DNA from: Thermotogaceae bacterium
Lineage (GTDB): Bacteria; Thermotogota; Thermotogae; Thermotogales; Thermotogaceae
Assembly (NCBI GenBank): GCA_015489065.1
Contig: WGAO01000120.1
Coordinates: forward strand, 24,936-88,935
DNA length: 64,000 nucleotides
Direction of reading: 5' to 3'
Position 1 is the first letter of the stretch, and every line of letters begins with the position of its first letter. The position numbers were made by a program, and so were the translations under genes. The notes beneath the pieces were generated by a model. It saw nothing but the letters and a program-made list of their open reading frames with translations. It ran no database searches and had not been told where the DNA came from. Positions 27,681 to 37,174 of the stretch are shown in pieces.

Positions 27681-28495
27681 CTCTTCTGAGCTGCATATTT
27701 GAAGTACCTAAGCTCAACCTTAACTATCTTTCTTCCCTCGCACATTAAAGTTATCTCGTTCAGAAACACATTCACATTTATTACTCTGCACCTTTTTCCT
27801 TCGTATTCCACAGAACTTCCCTCATCTGGGACACCTTCCAGCGCTTCTTCATAAAATTCATGTTCATATGTAAGACAACACAGAAGTCTTCTACAAGTGC
27901 CAGATATCTTCGCCGGGTTTATCATCATTTGCTGCTTTCTCGCATGTTTCAATGTTACTGACTGAAATTCTCTTAAGAAAACCGTGCAGCACGCTGGCCT
28001 CCCACAAAGCCCCAGCCCTCCCATTAGTTTCATCTCGTCTCTAACGCCGAGTTGCTTTAGCTCTATCCGGGTTTTGAAATGTTTTGCAAGTTCCTTTACA
28101 AGATCTCTGAAGTCTACTCTTTCCTCCGAGGAGAAGAAAAATATGAGCTTCGATCTGTCGAAAGTATATTTGGCGAGTATCGGTTTCATTGGGAGATTCA
28201 TCTCTCTCACGGTTTTTTTGAAAAATTCCTTTGCTTCTTTTGCATCTTCTTCGTTCTTTTTATGGATCTCCATATCTTCATCTGTTAGTTTCCTCACTAT
28301 CGCCTTAAGCTCGTATCTAAGCTCCTCTATGCTCATCTCCCTTTTCCCGACGACCACTTTCGCTACCTCAAGACCGAAGTCCCCTATTACGAGGACAAGA
28401 TCTCCTTTCTTTATATCTTCTCCATTATCGGCATAGTACCTTATCCGTCCCACCGGAAAAAACTCTACACCGTATACAACTGCTGTGAGCTCCAA
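27677..28495 (-). CDS. PSP1-domain protein (RicT/YaaT family)
   Basis: PSP1 C-terminal domain (...FDRSKLIFFFSSEERVDFRDLVKELAKHFKTRIELKQLGVRD...CGRPACC). Located downstream of holB, as in many bacteria. Confidence 0.85.
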   Translation of the reverse strand: MELTAVVYGVEFFPVGRIRYYADNGEDIKKGDLVLVIGDFGLEVAKVVVGKREMSIEELRYELKAIVRKLTDEDMEIHKKNEEDAKEAKEFFKKTVREMNLPMKPILAKYTFDRSKLIFFFSSEERVDFRDLVKELAKHFKTRIELKQLGVRDEMKLMGGLGLCGRPACCTVFLREFQSVTLKHARKQQMMINPAKISGTCRRLLCCLTYEHEFYEEALEGVPDEGSSVEYEGKRCRVINVNVFLNEITLMCEGRKIVKVELRYFKYAAQKS

Positions 28496-29364
28496 GCTTC
28501 ATCCCTCCTCCTGATCTCCCTGTATCTTATCGCGATGTTGTAAAGTGTCAAAAGATTGTTGAAATTTGCCAACCTTGCTCTAGAAATTGCATCGAAAAAC
28601 CCTATACCTTCCATATCATAGATTCCTTCGATCTCCATAAGCCACAAAGCGGATTTTGCAAGAAGCACGTTTATCTTGAAAAGCTCTTTTCCAGAATAAT
28701 TAGAGTTTACAAAATCTACTATTTCCAGAAAAACTTTCTCATCAGAGTTGGAAATCCTTTCCAAAATCTCAAAAGCCGAGAGGTAAGACTTTAAAGTATC
28801 TTCTGAAAGTATCTTCACTAGCTTTTCATTTTCAGAAGATTTCACATGTTGAATGAATTCCCGAACATTTTTCACTTCACTCCGTACTCTCCACAACTTC
28901 TCCGCTATTTTATCCACCCAAGGGTGAATTTTCCCTTCAAATGGTGGGGGATTCAAAACGAATTTCACGAGTCTGCTTCTTATCGTTGGAAGAAGAAGAT
29001 GCCATCTTGTCGTGGTGAGGATTATAACAGCGTATCTGGGAGGCTCCTCAAGGGTCTTTAGAAGAGCATTTGCCGCTTGCTGATTTGCCCTATCGGCGTC
29101 ATACACAAAAACATATTTCTTTGATATATGCTCAGGAGAATATGTCAAGAAATTCCGTATTTCCCTAATCTCGCTTATGCCTATCTCTGTTCCTTCCGGA
29201 TCTATCAACATAATATCTGGGGAATTGAAAAGAATCCCCTCAAGATCTTTTACAATCTCTACCGTCTTATCTCTTAAATATCCTGAATCTCTTCCAGTAA
29301 GAGCTATTGATACACCAGATGAATTCTTTATGAAATTCTCTATCTTTTTCAGATATATCACCAA
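28465..29364 (-). CDS. holB: DNA polymerase III delta-prime subunit
   Basis: ANALLKTLEEPPRYAVIILTT and ..LPTIRSR.. motifs; 299 aa. Confidence 0.85.
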   Translation of the reverse strand: MVIYLKKIENFIKNSSGVSIALTGRDSGYLRDKTVEIVKDLEGILFNSPDIMLIDPEGTEIGISEIREIRNFLTYSPEHISKKYVFVYDADRANQQAANALLKTLEEPPRYAVIILTTTRWHLLLPTIRSRLVKFVLNPPPFEGKIHPWVDKIAEKLWRVRSEVKNVREFIQHVKSSENEKLVKILSEDTLKSYLSAFEILERISNSDEKVFLEIVDFVNSNYSGKELFKINVLLAKSALWLMEIEGIYDMEGIGFFDAISRARLANFNNLLTLYNIAIRYREIRRRDEAWSSQQLYTV

Positions 29365-30224
29365 CCCATGTAATTCTTTATGTTCGCATCATCTTTTCTT
29401 TCAATCTCTATATGATCCTTTGGCCCTGTCATTATAACCACAACTCCTGGGCCATGACCAGTTGTCACACAATTAGAATGAACAACAACCCCTATCGATA
29501 TGTATCCTTCCTTGTACCCTCCAACTCCATACTTGCAGTCATGGTTGTCTATAGCCACCAAGTCTCCTATTCTCAGCTTGTCTATACCGTACTCTTTAAC
29601 GAGATGTTCATCCCTTGTGTTTATATCGTAATCTGTAGCAGCCGGATTCGTCGAACCTATACCGGAACCCATCATAAAACCCGGTACTATGGTGGTTATA
29701 GGCGCGAGGACTTTTCCATCTCTCTCTTCAAATATCTTATCGAAGAGCTCTGGATCTATATTGTAAACCGCAAGCTCTGGATAATCTAAGAGTCTCAAAC
29801 CCTGTCCCCAGGCTTTTATAAGTATCCTATCACCTACAGAGAGTTTTTCCTTGTCGGGAAAATGAACTATCACATGGTTGATACCACCATGCTTTCCTAT
29901 GACAAACCCCTTCATTCCTTTACCATCCCCGGATATTACAACTGCTTCATTTCCTATTGACGCCAAAGCCATCAAGGCTTCGTTCTCAGACTTGTCTTTA
30001 TTTTTTATGGAAACATCAGGTTCTACATGATCGGCATATGGCTTAAATGCAAGATCACCGAGAGAAAAGTTATAAGTTATTCCTCCAACACTTGGAACAT
30101 AGTACACATTTCCCTCTCCATCTAATCTCGGCATACGAACGACTGGATGGGATACCTCTCCAGAAACCGATATCATTACGACTCTTTCCTTGTTCGTATT
30201 CACACTCTCACCCCTCTTTTCCAA
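29358..30224 (-). CDS. Conserved hypothetical protein (possibly DUF4438-type; family recalled from memory)
   Basis: 288 aa soluble ORF whose coding frame is packed tightly between the GDPD and holB genes. I could read no catalytic motif. Confidence 0.45.
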   Translation of the reverse strand: MEKRGESVNTNKERVVMISVSGEVSHPVVRMPRLDGEGNVYYVPSVGGITYNFSLGDLAFKPYADHVEPDVSIKNKDKSENEALMALASIGNEAVVISGDGKGMKGFVIGKHGGINHVIVHFPDKEKLSVGDRILIKAWGQGLRLLDYPELAVYNIDPELFDKIFEERDGKVLAPITTIVPGFMMGSGIGSTNPAATDYDINTRDEHLVKEYGIDKLRIGDLVAIDNHDCKYGVGGYKEGYISIGVVVHSNCVTTGHGPGVVVIMTGPKDHIEIERKDDANIKNYMGW

Positions 30225-30916
30225 GAAACGAATTTTTCCACATCATCAACTATAATTGCATCGAAAAGTTGTGCATGTTTTTTAACGAACTCCAAATCGT
30301 TTGTGTTCCATAAAAATATGTCTATACAATTCTCCTTCATTATACTTATAAATCTCATAGTCAGATCAGGTACAATATCGAATGCATCCTTTGGTATATG
30401 AACAGAATGCGGATGAGTTTTGATTATGTAACCAATCAACACCTGAGGATCTATGTCTTTGTGCTCTTCATCAAGAAGAAAAGCAAAATTCATGTTTGGA
30501 TGATGATATTTAAGCTCCCTTATGAGATCGTGATCGAAAGACGAGAATATTGCGCGATTCTTTAAACCCTTTTCTATAACAAGTTGAACAGCCATCTCAC
30601 CAGCATCGAACTCCTTTATTTCCACTATGACCCATTTCCCTTCTGGAACCAAATCCAAAACTTCTTCAAGGTTCGGAACTCTTTCTCCCCTATATCTGAA
30701 ACTCCTGATCTCTTCAGAAGACAGATCTTTTCCTCTTTTGTTAACCCCAAATATCCGTAGCATATCTTCATCGTGGAAAACATAGAGCTTTCCATCCTTC
30801 GAGAGTCTCACGTCGAGTTCTATGCCGTCTGCACCCATTTCAAAAGCCTTTTTGAAAGCTGTCAAGGTGTTTTCTGGATACTTCGAAGAATATCCGCGGT
30901 GGGCGAATATCATCAT
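30200..30916 (-). CDS. Glycerophosphodiester phosphodiesterase (GDPD family)
   Basis: N-terminal FAHRGYSSKYPENTLTAF...GADGIELDVRLSKDG...FHD motif set. Confidence 0.88.
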   Translation of the reverse strand: MMIFAHRGYSSKYPENTLTAFKKAFEMGADGIELDVRLSKDGKLYVFHDEDMLRIFGVNKRGKDLSSEEIRSFRYRGERVPNLEEVLDLVPEGKWVIVEIKEFDAGEMAVQLVIEKGLKNRAIFSSFDHDLIRELKYHHPNMNFAFLLDEEHKDIDPQVLIGYIIKTHPHSVHIPKDAFDIVPDLTMRFISIMKENCIDIFLWNTNDLEFVKKHAQLFDAIIVDDVEKFVSWKRGVRV

Positions 30917-31677
30917 CCTCCGAACACCTCCAGAGCATTTTCTAACGTGATATTCGAAACTTCCTCATAAGTCATTCCAAAGAGCTCTGCTAACTTTTCG
31001 ATGACAAATCTCACATAGGACGGTTCATTTCTTCTCCCTCTGAATCTCTGTGGCGGGAGATAGGGGCTATCAGTCTCGGTGAGAATATTTTTCAATCCAA
31101 CAGTTTTCACCGCTTCTCTTAGGTAGGAATTTTTCGGATAAGTTACAGGACCTCCTATCCCCAAGAAAAAACCCAGTTTAACGAACTTCAAAGCCCACTC
31201 TTTATCAGCAGAAAAAGCGTGTATGACCCCAGGTGGATCGGGAAGCTGAGATTTTGAAAGAATCTCATATGCATCCTCGTAGGCATCTCTTATATGAACA
31301 ACAAGAGGAATGTTAAACATTGCGGCCAAATCTATCTGTGATTGAAATATATCTCTCTGAATATCTTTTGGAGATATGTTTCTGTAGTAGTCAAGTCCAC
31401 ACTCACCAAGGGCAACAACATCCTCGTCCTCAATGAGTCTCTGGAGCTCTTCAAGGAAATGCTCTCCGGAATTTTTTGAATCATGTGGATGTATCCCCAC
31501 CGCCGCTTTAAAACCATATCTTTTAGCGTATCTAAGAGCCGTCTTGGAATCCTCCACATTCACTCCTATATTTAATAAAAATCTCCCACCGGTTTCTTTA
31601 AACCTTTTGACAACATCGTCAACATCGTTTCTAAACTTAGGAAAGTGTATGTGCGCATGGGTATCTGCATACCCCAT
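30913..31677 (-). CDS. tatD: TatD-family metal-dependent hydrolase (DNase)
   Basis: DTHAHIHF..., ...GECGLDY... and ...VHIRDA... motifs; 254 aa. Confidence 0.88.
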   Translation of the reverse strand: MGYADTHAHIHFPKFRNDVDDVVKRFKETGGRFLLNIGVNVEDSKTALRYAKRYGFKAAVGIHPHDSKNSGEHFLEELQRLIEDEDVVALGECGLDYYRNISPKDIQRDIFQSQIDLAAMFNIPLVVHIRDAYEDAYEILSKSQLPDPPGVIHAFSADKEWALKFVKLGFFLGIGGPVTYPKNSYLREAVKTVGLKNILTETDSPYLPPQRFRGRRNEPSYVRFVIEKLAELFGMTYEEVSNITLENALEVFGG

Positions 31678-31680
31678 ATC

Positions 31681-32625
31681 TCACACCTCATTCCCTCTAC
31701 CGAAGTCATCTTGAATCCTTATTATGTCATCCTCTCCGAAATAATCCCCGACTTGAACTTCTATCACCTCAACTATTTCGTTTTCAGATGGATTCTCCAG
31801 CCTATGAGGAGTTTCAACCGGTATAAACACGCTCTCTCCTACGCTCAAATCCATTATCTTATCTCCAAGAGTAACTCGTGCGGTCCCCTTGATCACCGTC
31901 CATCTTTCAGAGCGCCTTCTGTGAAGTTGCAGGCTGAGTCTTTTCTTCGGAAGAACGGTTATTCTCTTAACCTTATGATTTGGCTTATCCTCAATAACTG
32001 TGTAGCTCCCCCAAGGTCTGTAAGCGGTTTTATGAACTTTCCTTATCTCACCTTCCGCATATTTTTTAAATATCCCAGTCAAGTCCTCTTTGTTGGTAAC
32101 GACCACTACATCATCACTTACAACAACCTTTACATTGCCTAAATCAGAGATAACTTTATAGTAATCCGTATCAACCTTCCCCTTTCCATTTACAACTCCT
32201 GGGAGGTCGTCGAGCTTCACTACCCGCGCATCCACGCTTAAAAAATACCCACTCTTTGGAACCTCAAAACTGCCTGAGTAAAAAGCTATGATCTCACCAT
32301 TTTTGTTCATAACTACTCCTTCATCTTCTCTCAAATTTTCTAAGATTTTTTCTTCTATCTCTTCCAAGAGAATTGGTTTTACAACGAGCGCTGGAAATTC
32401 TATATCTTCTTCTATTGGAACTCCTACCTCCTCAGCCTGTCTTTCCGCCATAAAGAATATCCTCTTATCAACTTTCACGCCCAATGAACTTGAGATCTTT
32501 GAAAAGGTTTTGAGGGTTATCTGGAAAGGAGAAAATCTCCCCAGTTTCTGGAAGAAATACGGGTAAAGCTCTCTTGATATTGGCCAGAACTTCGGATCAA
32601 ATGAACAGTCAATGATTATTTTCAA
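31681..32625 (-). CDS. Protein with a C-terminal type-II mannose-6-phosphate-isomerase-like cupin domain and an unassigned roughly 200-aa N-terminal region
   Basis: C-terminus: RPWGSYTVIE...LSLQLHRRRSERWTVIKGTA...GESVFIPVETPHRLEN...IEVQVGDYFGEDDIIR. The N-terminal part has no motif I recognise. Confidence 0.65.
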   Translation of the reverse strand: MKIIIDCSFDPKFWPISRELYPYFFQKLGRFSPFQITLKTFSKISSSLGVKVDKRIFFMAERQAEEVGVPIEEDIEFPALVVKPILLEEIEEKILENLREDEGVVMNKNGEIIAFYSGSFEVPKSGYFLSVDARVVKLDDLPGVVNGKGKVDTDYYKVISDLGNVKVVVSDDVVVVTNKEDLTGIFKKYAEGEIRKVHKTAYRPWGSYTVIEDKPNHKVKRITVLPKKRLSLQLHRRRSERWTVIKGTARVTLGDKIMDLSVGESVFIPVETPHRLENPSENEIVEVIEVQVGDYFGEDDIIRIQDDFGRGNEV

Positions 32626-32657
32626 TCAGATCCCCTCCTTATAAAAATCGAGGGGGA

Positions 32658-33056
32658 TCACCCCTCGATCACCTTCACAAAAACCTTTCTGGTACGGGGA
32701 CCATCGAATTCGCAGAAGAATATCCCTTGCCAAGTTCCCAAAAGAGGTTCTCCGTTTTCCACGATCAGGGTCATCGATGGGCTGACAAGCGTTGTCTTTA
32801 TATGAGAGTCCGAGTTCCCCTCAAGATGCCTGTAACCAGCATTCGGTGGAACTAGTTTGTTCAAAGCGTTCTCCAGATCTGTTGCAACCGCGGGATCTGC
32901 ATGCTCATTCACAGTTATCGCAGCCGTTGTATGTGGCGTGTAAACGACACATATGCCACTTTTGACTTTTGACTTCTTCACTATTTCTCTAACTTTGGAA
33001 GTCACATCTATTATCTCGTTTCTCCTTGAAGTAGTCACATTAAAGCTCTCAAGCAC
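32658..33056 (-). CDS. YjbQ/UPF0047 family protein (secondary thiamine-phosphate synthase-like)
   Basis: 132 aa with HTTAAITVNEHADP...EGNSDSHIK... motifs. Confidence 0.8.
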   Translation of the reverse strand: MLESFNVTTSRRNEIIDVTSKVREIVKKSKVKSGICVVYTPHTTAAITVNEHADPAVATDLENALNKLVPPNAGYRHLEGNSDSHIKTTLVSPSMTLIVENGEPLLGTWQGIFFCEFDGPRTRKVFVKVIEG

Positions 33057-33074
33057 GGCTTCCCCTCCTTATCA

Positions 33075-33350
33075 TCAATGGAATAGAACATTTGTTATTA
33101 TTATTATGTGCCCCTCTCTTTCTTCAAACTCCACTTTCACTTTGCTCTTATCCACATTGAAAGTTTCTGAAACCCAAGAAGCTATCCTCTCTTTAATGAC
33201 TTCAGAATTCTTCTCAAACTCTTCTTTGGGTATCACCATGTTTTGCATACTCAAACTCTCTCGCCTAGTTGTACTTATCATCGTGTTGAGCCTCTTTTTC
33301 GCATCCTCTCTGCTTCCTTTTTTCTTCCTTCTGAAGAACCAAAATCTCAT
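33075..33350 (-). CDS. minE: Cell division topological specificity factor MinE
   Basis: 91 aa. It has an N-terminal amphipathic/basic membrane-targeting segment plus AKKRL. It overlaps minD by 4 nt. Confidence 0.8.
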   Translation of the reverse strand: MRFWFFRRKKKGSREDAKKRLNTMISTTRRESLSMQNMVIPKEEFEKNSEVIKERIASWVSETFNVDKSKVKVEFEEREGHIIIITNVLFH

Positions 33351-34189
33351 CTCTTATCACCCCTTCTTCCGAAGAGGCGCCTGAGGAAATCCAGAAATCC
33401 TCTACTCTCTGATATCTTCAAATCTTCTTCAACAGGGATCATCTCCCCCTGAAGTCTTCTTGCTATGTTTTCAAATGTAGAGGCAAGAGGAACACCATCG
33501 AGAACAACAGGAACACCTTTGTTGGTGGCTATTATCACATCTTCAGAATCCGGTATTATCCCTATGACATCAAGAGCGAGGGCATTCTTTATATCGTCTT
33601 TCGTGAGCATATCTCCACTCTTTATCATCTTCGGCTTAACACGATTTATTATGAGCTTAATGCTCTCGTCATCAAATCCAAAGTTCTCCAAGAGCCCTAT
33701 CACCCTATCTGCATCAGATATCGCTGGGAGCTCCGGGGTGGTCACAACAAGTGCCATATGTGCAGGGGAAACAGCGTTTCTAAATCCCCTTTCAATACCA
33801 GCTGGTGAATCTATGATTATGTAGTCAAAATCTCTCTCAAGTTCTTTTACAAGATTCTTCATATCCTCTGGAGAAACCATCTCTTTGGTGGCTATCTGCG
33901 ATGCGGCGAGCAGGTACATGTTCCTCAAAACTTTATGTCTGACGAGTGCCTCCTGCGGTTTTGCTCTCCCTTGAACCACATCTAAAAGCGTATAAACGAT
34001 CCTGTTCTCAAGTCCAAGAACAACATCCAAATTCTTAAGGCCTATGTCAGCATCTATTAGCGCCACTTTTTCTCCCATCTTTGCCAGTGTGCACCCCAAG
34101 TTCGCAGTTACAGTTGTTTTACCAACCCCGCCTTTTCCTGAGGTGACGACTATGACTCTCGCCACAAGACCACCCCTTTCATGAAACAC
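33347..34189 (-). CDS. minD: Septum site-determining ATPase MinD
   Basis: Deviant Walker A SGKGGVGKTT and a C-terminal amphipathic helix (GFLDFLRRLFG). Confidence 0.92.
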   Translation of the reverse strand: MFHERGGLVARVIVVTSGKGGVGKTTVTANLGCTLAKMGEKVALIDADIGLKNLDVVLGLENRIVYTLLDVVQGRAKPQEALVRHKVLRNMYLLAASQIATKEMVSPEDMKNLVKELERDFDYIIIDSPAGIERGFRNAVSPAHMALVVTTPELPAISDADRVIGLLENFGFDDESIKLIINRVKPKMIKSGDMLTKDDIKNALALDVIGIIPDSEDVIIATNKGVPVVLDGVPLASTFENIARRLQGEMIPVEEDLKISESRGFLDFLRRLFGRRGDKR

Positions 34190-34422
34190 CTCTCATCGAG
34201 TTATGTTATCACAAAACCGTATCTTTTGAGTTCACAAGTTTACAGTGTAAAAACAAATAACATAGAAAAAAGAAGAATTTTAGTCCTAATTACTTGTAAT
34301 CCCAAATAAATCTCAAAAACAGCATTTTAAGAATTTGGTTGTTTGGATATCATGGATGTAACATCCATATGTATGACATCTTACCATTGTTGTTATACAA
34401 CATATCTCCTGGGGGTGGTTGA

Positions 34423-35616
34423 ATGGGCTATAAGATTCTGAAAGAAGAAGATGTAGTAGATTATGTCAAAAGTAAGAAACTTTTAAACGGGAAAGAATTT
34501 TCCGTCAAACAAGTCGGAGATGGAAACCTAAACAATGTCTACAGAGTGGTCAATGAACAAGGAGAATCTATCATTATTAAACAGGCACTTCCTTATGTGA
34601 AAATAGTTGGAGACAGCTGGCCTCTTCCCCTAGAGAGAAACACTATAGAAGCAAAGGCACTGAAAATACATGGCAAATACTGCCGAAAGCATGTTGTGAA
34701 AGTTCTGTATGTAGATGAAGAATATTATTTAATGGTTATGGAAGATCTATCAAACATGGAAGTCATGCGTCTTGGAATGATACGAATGAAGAAATATCCC
34801 AAGTTTTCAGAACATATTTCTTCCTACTTGGCGAAAACTTTCTTTTACACAAGTGATTTCTTTATGGATCCTATAAAGAAAAAAGAGTTGGTTAAAGAAT
34901 TTATAAATCCTCATCTGTGCAAAATAACAGAGGATCTAATCTTCACGGATCCATACTATGACGCTCCAAGAAATAACATAAATCCTGAACTTTTATCTTA
35001 TCTAAAAAACAAATTTTGGAAAAGAAGATACCTTTGGAGAGAAGCTTCGAAGATGAAATACAAATTCCTCACAGAGGCAGAATCTCTGGTACATGGCGAC
35101 CTTCATACGGGCTCTATATTTGCAAATGAAAATGAGACAAAGGTATTCGATGCAGAGTTTGCATATTTCGGTCCGGCAGCTTTTGATCAAGGGCTCCTCC
35201 TTGGAAACATACTCATAAACTACATTTCATTTGAGGGAAAAGACTTCCCAAAAGATAAAGTTCAGGATTACAGGCAATTCATACTCACAATGATTGAGGA
35301 AATCTATGAAAAATTCTCAAAGAAACTCAGAAAGCTTTGGAAAAAAGTCAATGACATAAGCTTTAAAGACGAATGCTTTTTGGATTACTACTTAGAGAAA
35401 TACTTCGAGGATATGCTTGGATACGCGTCAGTTGTGATGATAAGAAGAATGCATGGCTTGGCTCACAATATAGATGTTGATGAGATCGAAGATTTAAAAG
35501 TTAGGAGCGAGGTTCAGAAGCTAATTTTAGATATGGCAACAAACATAATGATGACAAGAAAACACTGGAAGGACATAAAAGAAGTCACCGAATATGTAAA
35601 GAGTTTTATCTTCTAA
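34423..35616 (+). CDS. mtnK: 5-methylthioribose kinase
   Basis: VGDGNLNNVYRV...IIKQALPYVKIVGDSWPLPLERNTIEAKAL aligns by eye with B. subtilis MtnK. HGDLHTGSIF is the catalytic loop. Confidence 0.88.
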   Translation: MGYKILKEEDVVDYVKSKKLLNGKEFSVKQVGDGNLNNVYRVVNEQGESIIIKQALPYVKIVGDSWPLPLERNTIEAKALKIHGKYCRKHVVKVLYVDEEYYLMVMEDLSNMEVMRLGMIRMKKYPKFSEHISSYLAKTFFYTSDFFMDPIKKKELVKEFINPHLCKITEDLIFTDPYYDAPRNNINPELLSYLKNKFWKRRYLWREASKMKYKFLTEAESLVHGDLHTGSIFANENETKVFDAEFAYFGPAAFDQGLLLGNILINYISFEGKDFPKDKVQDYRQFILTMIEEIYEKFSKKLRKLWKKVNDISFKDECFLDYYLEKYFEDMLGYASVVMIRRMHGLAHNIDVDEIEDLKVRSEVQKLILDMATNIMMTRKHWKDIKEVTEYVKSFIF

Positions 35617-35634
35617 ACGAAAGGAGAGTCTGAA

Positions 35635-36051
35635 ATGCTTAAAAAAATTCCAAAGTTCTTTCCGCCGGAACTAATGAAAGTTTTAATGGAAATGGGACAT
35701 GGCGATGAAATAGTCATAGTTGATGGGAATTTTCCGGCATATTCTGTCAATAGTAAAGTTATAAGAGTCGATGGAGTAGACACTCCCACACTTCTTAAAG
35801 CCGTCTTGGAATTCCTTCCACTGGACACTTTCTCAAAGAACAATATTTTCCTGATGAAACCCACAGATGATCACATTCCAGAAGTTTGGAACAAGTACAG
35901 AGAGGTTCTTTCCAGATCAGATGAAGAAGTCGGGCAAGTCGCTTTAGACAGGATGGAATTTTACGAGAGGGCAAAGAAAGCTTTTGCTGTTGTAGCAACA
36001 TCCGACACTATGCATTATGCATGCGTCATATTGAAGAAGGGTGTTCTCTGA
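35635..36051 (+). CDS. RbsD/FucU-family sugar mutarotase/pyranase
   Basis: MLKKIPKFFPPELMKVLMEMGHGDEIVIVDGNFPAYS closely resembles the FucU N-terminus (..PELLKVLAEMGHGDEI...FPA.S). Confidence 0.85.
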   Translation: MLKKIPKFFPPELMKVLMEMGHGDEIVIVDGNFPAYSVNSKVIRVDGVDTPTLLKAVLEFLPLDTFSKNNIFLMKPTDDHIPEVWNKYREVLSRSDEEVGQVALDRMEFYERAKKAFAVVATSDTMHYACVILKKGVL

Positions 36052-36082
36052 ACTCCGTCAACTAGAGAAGGAGGGCTCTATT

Positions 36083-37117
36083 ATGTTAGATTCGATGGTT
36101 TGGATCGAAAAAGAGAAGAAATTGAAAGTTCTGAATCAGAGGAAACTTCCTACGGAAATAGAATATCTCGAGAAGAACACCGTCGATGATGTTTTCTGGA
36201 CTATAAAGAACATGGAAGTCAGAGGTGCTCCTCTCATAGGTGTCGTAGCTGCTTACGGAATTGTAATAGCTGCAAAATATGCGAAAGATGCCAACGACTT
36301 TTTAAAAAAAGTAGAATTAGGTGTTGAGAAACTTAAAAAATCCAGGCCAACAGCTGTCAATCTGTTCTGGGCTCTGGATAGAATGAAGAAGAAGGCTATG
36401 GAAATAAGCAAATCTGGTATGAGTGTGTCTGAAATGCTAGACGAGCTCGAAAAAGAAGCGAAAGCTATACACGAGGAGGATATAACATCTAACAGAAAAA
36501 TTGGAGAGAATTTCATAGAGAACGGTCTGGTGAAGGATGGCGACGTGATACTCACTCACTGCAATGCTGGGGCTTTGGCAACTTCGAAGTACGGAACGGC
36601 AACATCACCGATGTATCTAGCAAAGGAAAAAGGATGGAATATAAAAGTCTTTGCCGATGAGACAAGGCCTTACCTTCAAGGAGCGAGACTAACAACTTTC
36701 GAACTCTTCCAAGCTGGCATAGATGTTACGCTTATCTGTGACAACATGGCAGGTTGGGTTATGAAAAATAAGATGATAGATAAAATAATAGTCGGAGCTG
36801 ACAGAATAGCAAGGAATGGTGATGTTGCAAATAAAATTGGTACTATGAGCTTAGCAGTTCTAGCTAACAGATTTGGTATTCCGTTCTATGTGGCAGCTCC
36901 CACATCTACGATAGATATGAACTGCAAGGATGGAAGTGAAATACCAATTGAAGAGAGGAATCCTGAAGAGATCACCAAATGGTTTGGGATTCAGATAGCT
37001 CCCGAAGGCATTAATGTCTTCAATCCCGCCTTCGATGTTACCCCTAATGAATTGATAACAGCAATAGTTACCGAAAAAGGAGTTATAAAAGTTCCTGAGA
37101 GAGATCTTGATCTCTGA
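36083..37117 (+). CDS. mtnA: Methylthioribose-1-phosphate isomerase
   Basis: VRGAPLIGVVAAYG, CNAGALAT, ETRPYLQGARLT and GADRIARNGDVANKIGT motifs. The probable ATG at 36083 lies 7 nt after GAAGGAGGG; the track ORF starts at 36041. Confidence 0.9.
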   Translation: MLDSMVWIEKEKKLKVLNQRKLPTEIEYLEKNTVDDVFWTIKNMEVRGAPLIGVVAAYGIVIAAKYAKDANDFLKKVELGVEKLKKSRPTAVNLFWALDRMKKKAMEISKSGMSVSEMLDELEKEAKAIHEEDITSNRKIGENFIENGLVKDGDVILTHCNAGALATSKYGTATSPMYLAKEKGWNIKVFADETRPYLQGARLTTFELFQAGIDVTLICDNMAGWVMKNKMIDKIIVGADRIARNGDVANKIGTMSLAVLANRFGIPFYVAAPTSTIDMNCKDGSEIPIEERNPEEITKWFGIQIAPEGINVFNPAFDVTPNELITAIVTEKGVIKVPERDLDL

Positions 37118-37174
37118 CTTTGGGGGTGAAGGCGGTTTTTTGGATTTTCTCAAAATTTTGAAGGAGGGGTTAGT

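Noticed and set aside
34190-34422. Possible SAM (S-box) riboswitch upstream of mtnK, as occurs in Firmicutes.
   Set aside because: The 233-bp region lacks the conserved S-box core (CTTATCAAGAG...GGC...) and extended helices. Only short palindromes are present.
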